DNA of 64,000 nucleotides. Origin: Andalucia godoyi And28 (Eukaryota > Protista > Jakobida). Positions 1 through 10,211 of this stretch are shown here, piece after piece. How positions within the stretch are numbered: the first letter of the stretch is position 1; the number at the start of each line of letters is the position of its first letter. Under the pieces are notes generated by a model. It was given only the letters and a program-made list of their open reading frames with translations, was not told the DNA's origin and did not search any database. The stretch covers positions 1 to 64,000 of the forward strand of contig VRVR01000034.1 of assembly GCA_009859145.1 (NCBI GenBank), in the 5' to 3' direction. The position numbers and the translations under genes are program-made.

Positions 1-390
1 TTTATCGATACGTCATTAACGTCGTGCATTATAACACATCACCAAGTCGGTGGTTCACCACGCAAACAACAAACCGAGTCGCATAGCGAACTGCGTTTCC
101 GATATTCACATCTCGCTCCTGGCTGTTTCCACTGTCGCTAAACCCCTCCACGGCTGGTTAAACAAGGCAAGGGAATTGGGCCAACAGAAAGGTCTGTGGG
201 GGCCCAACTAAGACAGCCAGCGTTTTTTGCGTTTGACACGATTTGCAGCAATCCGCGTTGAAGCCTCGTTCCCCTTCATTTCCCTCCATTTTTTCTCGAC
301 CCGTGTCTCTGTCTGTTGCTGCTTTCTCGCTTTATTTTTACGAGTTACAAAATTTGGAATACATCATAGCATGTGAGCGTCACTGGTCTC

Positions 391-1100
391 TCAATCCAAC
401 GCCCTTTCTGTCCGAGTTTGCTGCCTGCCGGAACGGCTTCGACGAAGTGCTGGAACACTGCTTGCTTCGATTCCAGCTGCATGGGTCGGATTCTGTTCGC
501 AGATGAGCCGATGCAGCCGTTCGTCTTCCATTATCCTTCGCCGCATGCCTTCGGATTTCAAGTTTGATAGCCGACTGCTTGGGATACTTCCGTCAGCGAA
601 ATCAAGTCCTTCTATGCTTTTGACCTGGCTGAGTGCTATGCATGACATTCCGGGTGACTTCTCGGCTGTTCCCAGATCCACTACTGCTCTATTGAACGTC
701 ATACGCTGGCTTTTTTGTGGAGTGTCACAGCATACGAGACGGACAATGGAAATTGAATGCGATCTGCTGTGTTGTTGTTGTTGCCGATGGAGACTGCTCG
801 ACTAACAGAAAGGACGGGCACCCACGTAGCGTGTTCAGGATCAGAAGAGCATGGAGGGCCCCGATATTCTGGGAACTCGACTGCAACAAAGAAAGGCATA
901 GAAAGAGTATCAGCAGCCGCTTCCCTGTTCCAATGCACTATTGCTTGAACAATTTCTTGGCTGCCGTTGATCGTAGCATCGCAGGACATCCGACAGCCAG
1001 ATAGAGTACTGGAGCACATCCCATAGCGTTTGATGCGGGAACGGACTTTGCTCTTGACAAAAACAGGCTGGAGGTCCCGAATGTCTCGCTACTATTCGTA
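391..1100 (-). mobile_element. Decayed PIF1-family (Helitron/Helentron-type) SF1B helicase C-terminal remnant
   Basis: Three minus frames give, in order: RIVARHSG, AMGCAPVLYLAVGCPAML, INGSQEIV..VAVEFPEYRGP..WVPV..RIQFPLSVSYAVTLHK, then (frameshift in A6 run, plus-strand 711-716) SQRMTFNRAVVDLG..PGMSCIALSQVKSIEGL. This follows the PIF1 motif V (HKSQG) / VI (ALSRV) architecture, with G>R and R>Q changes, frameshifts and a deletion. Confidence 0.8.
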
Positions 1101-1454
1101 CGATGTGTTGTTGTGGAAAAGGATTGGGAGTTGCAAAGAAAGTAAAATATTGTGTATTTTTATAAAGTGGATTTTCAAAATATACAATACAAACGGACGG
1201 ACGTGCACCGCATACTGCACGGAAGATTGTCGACCCGCGTCGACAGATCCCGTTAGATTTTCCATCTCCCCGCCAAATGACATGGCAATTGTCATCATTG
1301 TCAGAACAACTCTTTTGCCCTCCGTCAGATGATCGCCATTCGGCAGTGCAAACCTCTTCATGTCTGTTCAGTTTTTTTCCCCCGGCCCTTTTTTCTGATT
1401 CCACTTTTTCTTGTCTGTGCTTTTGCGCTTATTTCTTTGAATTACGTGTAGAGG

Positions 1455-3187
1455 ATGCAGAACTTGAATCAGAATTCCTCCCTGAGGATCGATGGAGAGC
1501 GGAAGACTGGACAGGATGTGAGGACGGAGAATGGTATGTAGGATGGTTTCCAAGTATTTATTTTTATGATCTTCCAAGCAATTGCACTGACGTTTCGTTC
1601 CCCACATTTTCCTTTTTTCATATAGTGACTGCTTGCATTGCCATTGCGAACATCGTAAAAACGTCTTTGGGCCCAGTTGGTCTGGATAAGATGTTGGTGG
1701 ACTCCATCGGGGATGTCACGATGACGAACGACGGCGCGACAATTCTGAAACTGCTCGACATCCAGCATCCTGCTGCCAAAGTCCTCGTCGATCTTGCGAA
1801 GCTGCAGGATGAAGAGGTTGGTGATGGCACAACGTCTGTCGTGATCATTGCTGCCGAGCTCTTGAAGCGCGGTAATGAGCTGGTGAAGAAGAAGATTCAT
1901 CCAACCAATGTTATATCCGGTTTTCGAATGGCAATGAAGGAAGCAGTCAAGTTCATCAAGAGCAATCTTGCCATTTCCACGGACAAGCTTGGTCGCGATT
2001 GCATTGTGAACTCCGCGAGGACCTCCATGTCTTCCAAGATCATTGGTGCGGAATCCGAGTTCTTCGCAAATCTTGCGGTGGACGCGTTAATGGCCGTGAA
2101 GACGACTGCGCCAGACGGCTCGTCCAAGTACCCTGTCAAGGCTGTTCACATTTTGAAGCAACACGGAAAATCCGCGCGGGAATCGGTTCTTGTTCACGGC
2201 TACGCTCTCAACTGCGTTCGTGCGTCGCAGCAGATGCCTTCACTTATCCACGACGCAAAGATTGCTTTGCTCGACTTTGACTTGACCCGAGTTAAAAATC
2301 GTGTCGGCGTCCAAATTATTGTGAATGATCCTCGTGAATTGGAGGCTCTGCAAAACCGTGAAGTGGACATGCTCAAGAAGCGTATTCAGCGCATTCTGGA
2401 CGCTGGCGCGAATGTCGTATTTACTACAAAGGCAATTGATGACACCGCTCAAAAGTTCTTTGTGGAGAAGGGTGTAATGGCAGTTCGCAGAGTCGACAAG
2501 GATGATCTGAAGCGCATTGCGAAGCTTACTGGCGGGACCGTGCTGGTCACCATGGCGGACCTGGAAGGAGACGAATCCTTCTCGCAACAGTACCTTGGTC
2601 GCGCAGAAGCAGTTTCGCAAGAAAGACTTTCCGATGATGAATTGATCTTTGTCCGGGGAGCCTCCAGCACGAAAGCAACGTCGGTTATTCTTCGTGGTGC
2701 AAATGAGTACATGCTTGACGAAATGGAGCGATCTCTCCACGACGTCCTGTGTGTCATCAAGCGTGCACTGGAGTCCAAGGCAGTGGTTGCTGGTGGCGGA
2801 GCTGTGGAAGCTGCGCTGTCCATTCACTTGGAAAATTATGCAACTACTCTTGAGTCCAAAGAACAGCTGGCGATTGCAGAGTTTGCGGACGCGCTCCTGG
2901 TAATCCCCAAGCAGTTGGCTGTCAATGCAGCCAAGGATGCCACGGAATTGGTCGCGAAGATCAGAGCTCATCACCACATTGCCCAGACTGTCCCGGACAA
3001 GAAGCTGGATCACCAATACATGGGCCTCGATCTCGTTAAGGGAGAAGTGCGAGACAATCTCAAGGCTGGTGTTCTGGAACCTGCAATGTCGAAAGTCAAG
3101 TCCATCCAGTTTGCGGTCGAAGCTTGCATTTCCATCATGCGAATTGATGACTTTGTCAAGATGAACCCCAAGCAGCAGCAGCAGTAG
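1455..3187 (+). CDS. CCT1: T-complex protein 1 subunit alpha (CCT chaperonin); exons 1455-1533 and 1626-3187
   Basis: Motifs [54 protein letters not shown] intron (1534-1625) restores the N-terminus [26 protein letters not shown]. Confidence 0.95.
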
Positions 3188-3729
3188 GGAAGCTCTCGCG
3201 TAGATTCAGTATGTATTTTTCAGATTGCATCGCACTTCATCGGACGACCGTGCATTGCCTGCAAAAATAAGCATTTTTTAAATAATTAAAGAAGCGGAAT
3301 GACTGCCATTCGTTATTTTTTTCATTTTACACCCTCTTTTCCCTTTCCATTTGCATATCAGAAGGCGCGCTCTTTGTGCGTGTACTCCGCGAGCCCACGC
3401 GGAATGGCAGAAACTCGAACAGTTCCACCCTCTGCTTTTGGAAATCGAAAAATTCCCGCGAATCGGGAGTGTGCCGAAAAGCGGCAATCAAATTCCCGAA
3501 ATTTCCGCAAATGTTCCGCCGTTTCAAAAGGTGGGAAAGTGAACTTCCACTTGGAGTTTTTTTGTGGTAATCTGCCGTCTACTTCGTTCGCCTTGCATGG
3601 CAAATGCGCTGGAAATTGTCGCGTGCCTCAGTGTAATTTGGCCGCTTTCCTTGTTTCCTTTGTCACACGCACGCACGCACGCACACGCACGCACACACAC
3701 GTACGTACGTACATGTTGAGAGAAAAGCA

Positions 3730-4506
3730 ATGAATCCGCAACATTTCAAATGGGCTTGCTTATGTCTCTTGTGCATATGCACCACATGGATTTTCAGCAG
3801 CTTCTTGACCCTAGAAAATCTGCAACTCCTGTTTCCATACTTGGAATCTTGGAGGGATTCAAGCTCACTGACGTTTGTTTGCGCCTTCCTCACTGCGGGC
3901 CTCGTTTCGATATCACTTGGATTGCCGGTTGCTTTCGTGTTCACTTTGGCGTCGGGAATGCTGTTTTCGCAGCCGCTGGGATTCCTTCTTTCCATGATCG
4001 GTGTTGCGGGGGGCAGTCTCTTGCATTATGCGATAATTTTTGTAACGGGATGCGCGGCAGCCCAGTGTAGCACCGGAGATGGGGATGTGGAAGCTCCTTC
4101 AAAAAGGTCATTTTTTGTTCTGTGTCGTCTGAAGGAAGAATTCCTGAAAGAAAAGACGTTGTGTTTGTTGGTGATGAGGATTATACCTGGTATTCCGCTC
4201 TTTACTGCGAATCTTCTTCCGGCTGTTGTTCCTATTCCCTTCAAGACATATGCATGGACGACGATTGTTGGACTGTGTCCATCGCAGTGTCTGTTGTCCA
4301 TTCTCGGAACAGTGATTGTGGACTCCTTCAAGGCTCCTGGTGATTTGCTCCTTTCCTCCTTGTTAAGCACACAGCTCATAGTGCTGTGCATTGTCCAGGC
4401 ACTGATTGTGGTTGGCCTTCTGCTGATCAGAAAGTCCAGAAGCGATGGTCACGGACTGCCGTTTAGAGAAAGCGCGTCTCGATTCAAAGAAGCCAGCATA
4501 GTATAA
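3730..4506 (+). CDS. VTT/SNARE-associated (TVP38/TMEM41-like) membrane protein
   Basis: Several hydrophobic helices plus family-like motifs FTLASGMLF and MRIIPGIPLFTANL..YAWTTIVGLCP. Confidence 0.7.
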   Translation: MNPQHFKWACLCLLCICTTWIFSSFLTLENLQLLFPYLESWRDSSSLTFVCAFLTAGLVSISLGLPVAFVFTLASGMLFSQPLGFLLSMIGVAGGSLLHYAIIFVTGCAAAQCSTGDGDVEAPSKRSFFVLCRLKEEFLKEKTLCLLVMRIIPGIPLFTANLLPAVVPIPFKTYAWTTIVGLCPSQCLLSILGTVIVDSFKAPGDLLLSSLLSTQLIVLCIVQALIVVGLLLIRKSRSDGHGLPFRESASRFKEASIV

Positions 4507-4526
4507 AATAATACGAAACCATTTGT

Positions 4527-4564
<38 letters not shown>

Positions 4565-4565
4565 T

Positions 4566-6074
4566 TTATCGTCGGAAGCGTGCGTTCTGCAATCCCATGA
4601 CGCGGCTTGACTCCTGCGCATAGATTGACAGGAACTGGAGGAGATCAGCGACCTCCGCGGGGGACCCGGAGTTCTGACGCTGCAACAAATCTTGAAAACC
4701 GTCGGACATATTCCAACCGTGTCGCTGGAACATCGATATGACAGAGTCTCCGTGGTTTCGCATAACACCTTCCCATACTGCACGATTCACCTCAATGGCG
4801 GCTCGTTCTTCGGGCGACAAGTCCGATCGAGGAGCAAAGTCGTTCAATTCGGAGGGCACAAAATTCATCATCCCTTCAAAAGTGGATGCAACATCAAAGC
4901 ATGGTGACCATATCATCATTTCGTCCTTTCCGCTTGTGATGAGCCGCATTGTTCCATCAGTGGAGCCAGAAGTATGGACAACGGCATCTGTTCCGCAAGA
5001 TATCGTGTTCGCAACGGTCCCATCATCGACATTATACACATACGCGGAGCCATTCTCCGAACCGGTGACAATAAGCTTTTCGTTTCCCCAGAAAAACGCG
5101 GGAATGGAGTAGTTGATGCACGTGTGTTTGCTCAAATCGCGAACCGAAGACAACTCCGGCGCTGTCCCCCGCTCTGCGCACTCTAAATATTGTGGAAGTT
5201 TTCGCACATCCCAGATGCGAACAGACGAATCTCGGCCGGCAGTGACCATCGACATGTTAGATTCTGAAAAACAGACGCTGTTCACCTTGGAATTATGCGC
5301 CTTGAACATGAAAACGGACTTCCCGCCTGACAGTCCCAAGAGACGACTGTCAAAAACTTGGATACGACCATCGCGCGTGGCCGACGCAAAAACGCTATTG
5401 CCAAACGTCTTGGCAAACGATAAATAATTCAAACTATTGATAAAATTCTGCTGATTGTGCGAATCGGGGCTGGTAAGCTTGCTGGTACGAAATTTGAGTG
5501 TACCAGACTGTCGATCCCAGCCGACAATTTCCTCGGACATGCAGCCGGAGATCAGCAATTTGTCGTGATATGCCAGCGCGCGGATCCAGTTGGAATGATG
5601 TTTTAGGACCTCGACTTGCCGGCCATTTCTCCACAGGCGAATGGTCTTGTCCAGCGAGCCCGTGAAAAACCCCAACTCCTCCGGGTCGCAATCTGGGTCC
5701 CATAGCACCTCGGTCACTGTTTCTTGATGCACAGGGAACGATGTAACCTTTTTCCCTGTAAAGGAGTCTATCACATACAAATCGGTATCGACAGTGAACG
5801 CAATCATCGAGCAATCCGGGCTCCACCGAGAACAAAACAGCCCGTGCGTGTCGAGAGTGATGTGAGCAGGCCGACGTGGCCAGGACGCCACGTTTGTGTG
5901 ATCTCGATATGCTCCACTTTCCTTGCATGCTGTGGCAACCTGTCCACGGTTCACCACAACGAGTCCTTTCTGTGAAGAAAAATCGGGGAAACACGCGTAG
6001 TCCAAAACCATATGCCGGGCAAAAGCAGGATGCTCCAGCCGAGATCTGGAATCATGCGAATCCAGCAGCCGCAT
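4566..6074 (-). CDS. WD40-repeat protein
   Basis: 502-aa ORF with WD repeats (HQETVTEVLWD..TGSLDKTIRLW, HSNWIRAL, HNSKVNSVCFS..TAGRDSSVRIWD). Confidence 0.8.
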   Translation of the reverse strand: MRLLDSHDSRSRLEHPAFARHMVLDYACFPDFSSQKGLVVVNRGQVATACKESGAYRDHTNVASWPRRPAHITLDTHGLFCSRWSPDCSMIAFTVDTDLYVIDSFTGKKVTSFPVHQETVTEVLWDPDCDPEELGFFTGSLDKTIRLWRNGRQVEVLKHHSNWIRALAYHDKLLISGCMSEEIVGWDRQSGTLKFRTSKLTSPDSHNQQNFINSLNYLSFAKTFGNSVFASATRDGRIQVFDSRLLGLSGGKSVFMFKAHNSKVNSVCFSESNMSMVTAGRDSSVRIWDVRKLPQYLECAERGTAPELSSVRDLSKHTCINYSIPAFFWGNEKLIVTGSENGSAYVYNVDDGTVANTISCGTDAVVHTSGSTDGTMRLITSGKDEMMIWSPCFDVASTFEGMMNFVPSELNDFAPRSDLSPEERAAIEVNRAVWEGVMRNHGDSVISMFQRHGWNMSDGFQDLLQRQNSGSPAEVADLLQFLSIYAQESSRVMGLQNARFRR

Positions 6075-6213
6075 TTTTTTTTTTTTTTTTTTTGCGTGTT
6101 CCCAAGTTTCTGTGTGCAGTAATCACGAGTATACAGAGAAGATTGAGAACAATGGAAAGAAGGCAATTTAAAACAGTACAGACTTTCCTCTTATTATTAT
6201 TATGTTTAATTCA

Positions 6214-6248
<35 letters not shown>

Positions 6249-6693
6249 TAATAACGAAAAAGGAAGAAGAAAAATGCTGGCAGCGTGGAACGGGGTTTCG
6301 TATCTTGTTGTTGCCGATCGAGAAAAGAAAAAAAGATACATATTGTTTTGCGCCCTTCGTTGCGGAGCACCTACGGCAGTCGTACTAGAATCGGTAAGCG
6401 AACCCTTGCGTGCGCTGTTTCCGCAGCGAGTGACCTTCCACTAGGCACAAGAAAAAGATTGGTGGAATCGCTCGGTGAACTGCGTCGTCAGCTTAGCTTT
6501 AACGTCCGGGGGACTTGAGTACTGTGGAAGGGGTGGAGGTGGGAGGGAAACAAAAAAGAAAAAAGAAGGAGATCAGCTCATTCAAGCAGCATAAGCGGAG
6601 GGGAATTTGACGAAAAGGGGACAGGCAGCTGGAATGGAGTGCTCCTCCCCTCTCCTAATCGTGAGAAAACCTCTGGGGGCTGCGCAGTCGTAA

Positions 6694-8061
6694 CTAGTGG
6701 AAAATTTCGTGTGCTTTTGCCATTGTCAAAAAGACAATCGTGCCAACAAGGTATGTTCCCGCAGTAATGTAAAAGATTGGATTCCAGGAACCAAAGGCAT
6801 CCAAGAAAATACCGGCTCCTGCCACGCCAATGATGCCCGGAACGGTCCCTGCAGTATTTGAGAAACCGAGCAACACGGACGCATACTTTGGGGCGATGTC
6901 CAAGTGGTTCACAGCATTTCCTGCGTTGGAAAATCCCGTAAAGGTTACTGCAGCAATCACGATGGCAACCCCTGTATAGGAGTCTTCGACAAATGTTAGA
7001 GCTGTAAGCAGGAGACCCGGAACCACAAATCCAACAGTTTGGAATATCCTGCGGATCTTGAGCAGATCGGTGCCACGCCGGACAAAAACATCGGCGACAC
7101 GTCCACAACTGATGCCCATGATAAACAGGCCGATATACGGAAAAAGAGCCAGGAATCCCGCGGTTTCGATGCTGAATCCGTATCGTTGAACAAAGTACTT
7201 TGGACACCAAGAGACCAGGACGTAGAACCCGAAGTTCGTGCAGTAGTTGCAAATAATAATGGACCACACTGCACTTGATTTCAGCAGTACTCGGTACGGA
7301 ATGATGCCTGCCCCCGCAATGCTTCGACGGTTTGCGATTCCCTGTGCCGCCACCGAATGCTTAACATATCGATTGGTTTCAGGAAAGGACGAACCAAAGC
7401 AGACCCAGCAAGGAATCCAGAGCGCGCCTGCTGCCGCCGCCGCGAAAAACACCAATCTCCAGTTCCAGAGTTGTGCCAGCGGTGCAGATGTTGCCATTGC
7501 AATCACAGTTCCAGCGATCACCCCCGAATAGCAGAATGCAACAACCCCCGATCTTCTCTTCTTGGATATCCACATGCTGAACATCGCATACATTGCCGGG
7601 AATGTGACGCCCTCTCCAAACCCCATTGCAAACCGAACAACAGCCAGTCCGTAAATGTTGTCACCAAAAACACCCGAAAGAAGTGTAAATACCGAGGACG
7701 CAATCACGCCAAAAACGAAGACAGATCCACCGCCTCGCTTGTTCGCAAACACGCCACCAGGAACCTGCGTCATCACATAGCCAACGTAGAAGGATGCAAG
7801 AATGATGCCGATTTCCGAAGAGCTCCATCCGTAGTCGTCAGACATAATGACCACCACCACAGAAATGTTAATTCTCTGGATGTACAGCACCGTAAGTCCA
7901 GACCACAAAAGGATCGCAATCCACCGCGAATACGACACGATGAACGGATCATCCAGCGGAGATTCAACCAACGAGGCATCCGAGGACTCTTTCACAAGAT
8001 CATGCTCACTCTCGCTGTATGTCAATTGCTTTCTCTCATGTTCTTCTGCACGGAGAGTCAT
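6694..8061 (-). CDS. Major facilitator superfamily transporter, SLC17/anion:cation symporter type
   Basis: About 12 TM helices; YIQRINISV, SFYVGYVMTQVPGG, RFAMGFGEGVTFPA, NHLDIAPKYASVLLGFSNT. Start placed at ATG 8061 (MTLRAEEH); the upstream in-frame extension is microsatellite-derived. Confidence 0.9.
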   Translation of the reverse strand: MTLRAEEHERKQLTYSESEHDLVKESSDASLVESPLDDPFIVSYSRWIAILLWSGLTVLYIQRINISVVVVIMSDDYGWSSSEIGIILASFYVGYVMTQVPGGVFANKRGGGSVFVFGVIASSVFTLLSGVFGDNIYGLAVVRFAMGFGEGVTFPAMYAMFSMWISKKRRSGVVAFCYSGVIAGTVIAMATSAPLAQLWNWRLVFFAAAAAGALWIPCWVCFGSSFPETNRYVKHSVAAQGIANRRSIAGAGIIPYRVLLKSSAVWSIIICNYCTNFGFYVLVSWCPKYFVQRYGFSIETAGFLALFPYIGLFIMGISCGRVADVFVRRGTDLLKIRRIFQTVGFVVPGLLLTALTFVEDSYTGVAIVIAAVTFTGFSNAGNAVNHLDIAPKYASVLLGFSNTAGTVPGIIGVAGAGIFLDAFGSWNPIFYITAGTYLVGTIVFLTMAKAHEIFH

Positions 8062-8374
8062 CGACGAGGGCTTGCAGCAGAACTGAGAAAGCAAGGCTGG
8101 TGTGTGAGTATGTTGTATGTGACAACAGCGAGCGAGAGAGCGAGCGAGCAAGAGAGAGAGACAGAGACAGAGAGAGAGACAGAAAGAAAGAAAGAAAGAA
8201 GCTTTCACACGCACCGCGAGAGAACAGGGACTCGATTGCGGAAGAATCCGGTCGGTTTCCGGGCAAGGCAGTTTTATCCGACCACATTGGTGGGAAAATA
8301 TGGTGTACAACCGGTGGATGAAGATTTAAATTTAAAAAAACAGCTCGAATTTCGTACACCTCGCAGGTTTGTTT

Positions 8375-8590
8375 ATCAACATTAAACATGAAACAAACAG
8401 CATCATAACCGGAGGCGGAGGAGAAAGAAGAAGCGATGGCCCCTTTGATGTAGATCAATCTGCATTGAAGAGTTGCTGCTCGTCCCCACATGAAAAACAA
8501 AACAAAAAGACATGTGGTTTGGATCTGTCTTCCGCAACAGCTTAGCCGATGATGATCAGAAACAATTCCTGTTTTTTGACGAGCGATGAA
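8375..8590 (+). repeat. Dispersed repeat family copy A (unknown origin)
   Basis: Shares ATCAACATTAAACATGAAA, CCCTTTGATGTAGATCAATCTGCATTGAAGAG and TCTGTCTTCCGCAACAGCTTAGCCGATGAT blocks with copies at 27.4-27.65 kb and 54.8-55.2 kb (the middle block with the latter only). Confidence 0.8.
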
Positions 8591-8650
8591 CTTTGTGTTT
8601 TGCAAAAAGAAAAAGGGAGGGAGAAGAACGTGCGTTATTTTATGTTGCTA

Positions 8651-9520
8651 TTATTTCTCAGAGAAAAACCTACTTTCCCTGGTTCCGGAACGCGTGGTCG
8701 GAATCGCTGATTGCGAGTAGGCAGATGACGGTGCAACCGCGTCGCTATCCTTCTGCCGCTGGTGCTGGGGTACTGCAGGAGGACGCGATGCCAAAACCTC
8801 ATGCGATTTTGAGGCACCGGCTGGATCGGTGGGGTGCTCAGAAAATCCAGGGACAATCATGTTCAGTAACTCTCTGCCGTTGTTCACCTGCTCCCATGCA
8901 GCCACAAGCAAGGCACAGGCACCGAGCGTACCGAGGACCACCCACGATTTGCGGAGTTTGGACGATTCTTGTTCCTTTTCGCTGCGGCTGCTCATTCGCA
9001 AATCCGGATCCCATTTGACGCTTTCCGGATCCTCCTTCTTCGGATCAATATCCCAGTAAGACCGCGTCACGGTGCTGTAGTACTTGATCCCTGGGACCTC
9101 GTCGCGCTTTGGGTCCCTCGCATTCAACGATCCGATCTGACCAAGTGCCTCCATATTCTTCGAATGGATCTCCTCCTTTTTCGAAAAGGTTTCTGTCGAG
9201 TCGTAGGCTTCGGCCCCCGTTGCAGTCCAGAATGTCCTCTCTTCTGCCTTTTCAGACTCTCTTGCGCCGAACGCCGAGCGCACTTCATTGTCCGACAGTG
9301 GTTTCGAAGAGGGAAACCCCGGTTTTAGAGTTGTGTCCTCGCCTTCGGTCTTCACTTGGCCACTCCCAGGGTACACCGCAGCAATACTAGGACCCCGGGA
9401 CTCTCCGGAAAGCACGCCGGCAGCCGTTTCATAGCGAGATGGTCCATCGCCGACCGAAGAAAATAGCCGGCGCAGACCCGCCGCATTCAAAGGTCTCCCA
9501 GATCGAATCAGTCTATGCAT
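8651..9520 (-). CDS. Hypothetical single-pass membrane protein with mitochondrial-type presequence
   Basis: 289-aa ORF; Arg/Ser-rich, acid-free N-terminus (MHRLIRSGRPLNAAGLRRLFSS); one TM segment (WVVLGTLGACALLVAAW). Confidence 0.6.
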   Translation of the reverse strand: MHRLIRSGRPLNAAGLRRLFSSVGDGPSRYETAAGVLSGESRGPSIAAVYPGSGQVKTEGEDTTLKPGFPSSKPLSDNEVRSAFGARESEKAEERTFWTATGAEAYDSTETFSKKEEIHSKNMEALGQIGSLNARDPKRDEVPGIKYYSTVTRSYWDIDPKKEDPESVKWDPDLRMSSRSEKEQESSKLRKSWVVLGTLGACALLVAAWEQVNNGRELLNMIVPGFSEHPTDPAGASKSHEVLASRPPAVPQHQRQKDSDAVAPSSAYSQSAIPTTRSGTRESRFFSEK

Positions 9521-9759
9521 TGTGGTGGCGTTGATGATTCAAAAAATAGACGACGTGACAAACAAGAAATCCAGAACAGAAAGTTTGATGATGATGATGA
9601 TTGTTTTTCACGCTCGGGCATAGAACGACAGAGGAAGAATGCTGAAAAGAAAAAGAGAAGAGATCTCAATCCCCTCCCACCTTCGCTGTTCGTCGGGACA
9701 TCGCTTCGTTTCGTTTGGGAGGAGACCAGGAGTCCGATTCACGCTCCCCGGATAAAGTT

Positions 9760-9990
9760 GACGTGCTTTGGAAATTCAACTGGAAGTTCCATAAGAAACG
9801 AGTCGAACGCGCCGGTGCGATGCTTCTCTCTTCTTTTTGTGCAGCATTCGACAAACTGCCAACCAGCACGCGAGAAGAAGACCTACAGACAAAAGGCCCG
9901 TCTGTTCGCGTTCTGGCTTGGTGCTTTGGACGACAATGCAGCAAGAAACGCCAATGTTATTCTTTCTCGCGGCTCTTCCTGATCAGTGCG
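9760..9990 (+). pseudogene. Possible decayed TnpB/Fanzor C-terminal (ZnF-RuvC III) fragment
   Basis: 9900-9926 reads VCSRSGLVL; after a 2-nt offset, 9929-9949 reads DDNAARN. This resembles the TnpB end CxxCGLxxDRDxNAARNI. Upstream LWKFNWKFHKKRVERAG is only weakly compatible. Confidence 0.4.
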
Positions 9991-10211
9991 CTTGTCGTGC
10001 GTGCCTCAGCAGTGGAGAAATCGGGGTATTTTTCAATTTTGGGTTAAAGCTGTCTTGTCTTTGAGCGTGAAAACTGTGTGAGGCCGTTGCCTCAACTACA
10101 CACTGCAGTCCAACATGCGTGGGCGGCGGAGGGCACTCGGTTCCAGCACTCGTGCTGACCGTGTCTGTGGCAAGTCAGTCTTTTATTTCCTCTTCCAAAA
10201 CGGAGTAAGAA

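Noticed and set aside
1277-1625. ORF-track N-terminal extension of CCT1
   Set aside because: It reads through UTR and intron; the spliced model from ATG 1455 gives the conserved N-terminus.
6131-6144. ATACAGAGAAGATT, identical to the U6 snRNA ACAGAGA-box region
   Set aside because: Neither flank continues the U6 sequence (no AGCATGGCCCCTG downstream, no 5' stem); treated as a chance 14-mer.
9587-9650. TGATGA..CTGA box C/D-like pair
   Set aside because: The C box is part of a (GAT)n microsatellite, the stem is only 3 bp, and there is no rRNA complement.
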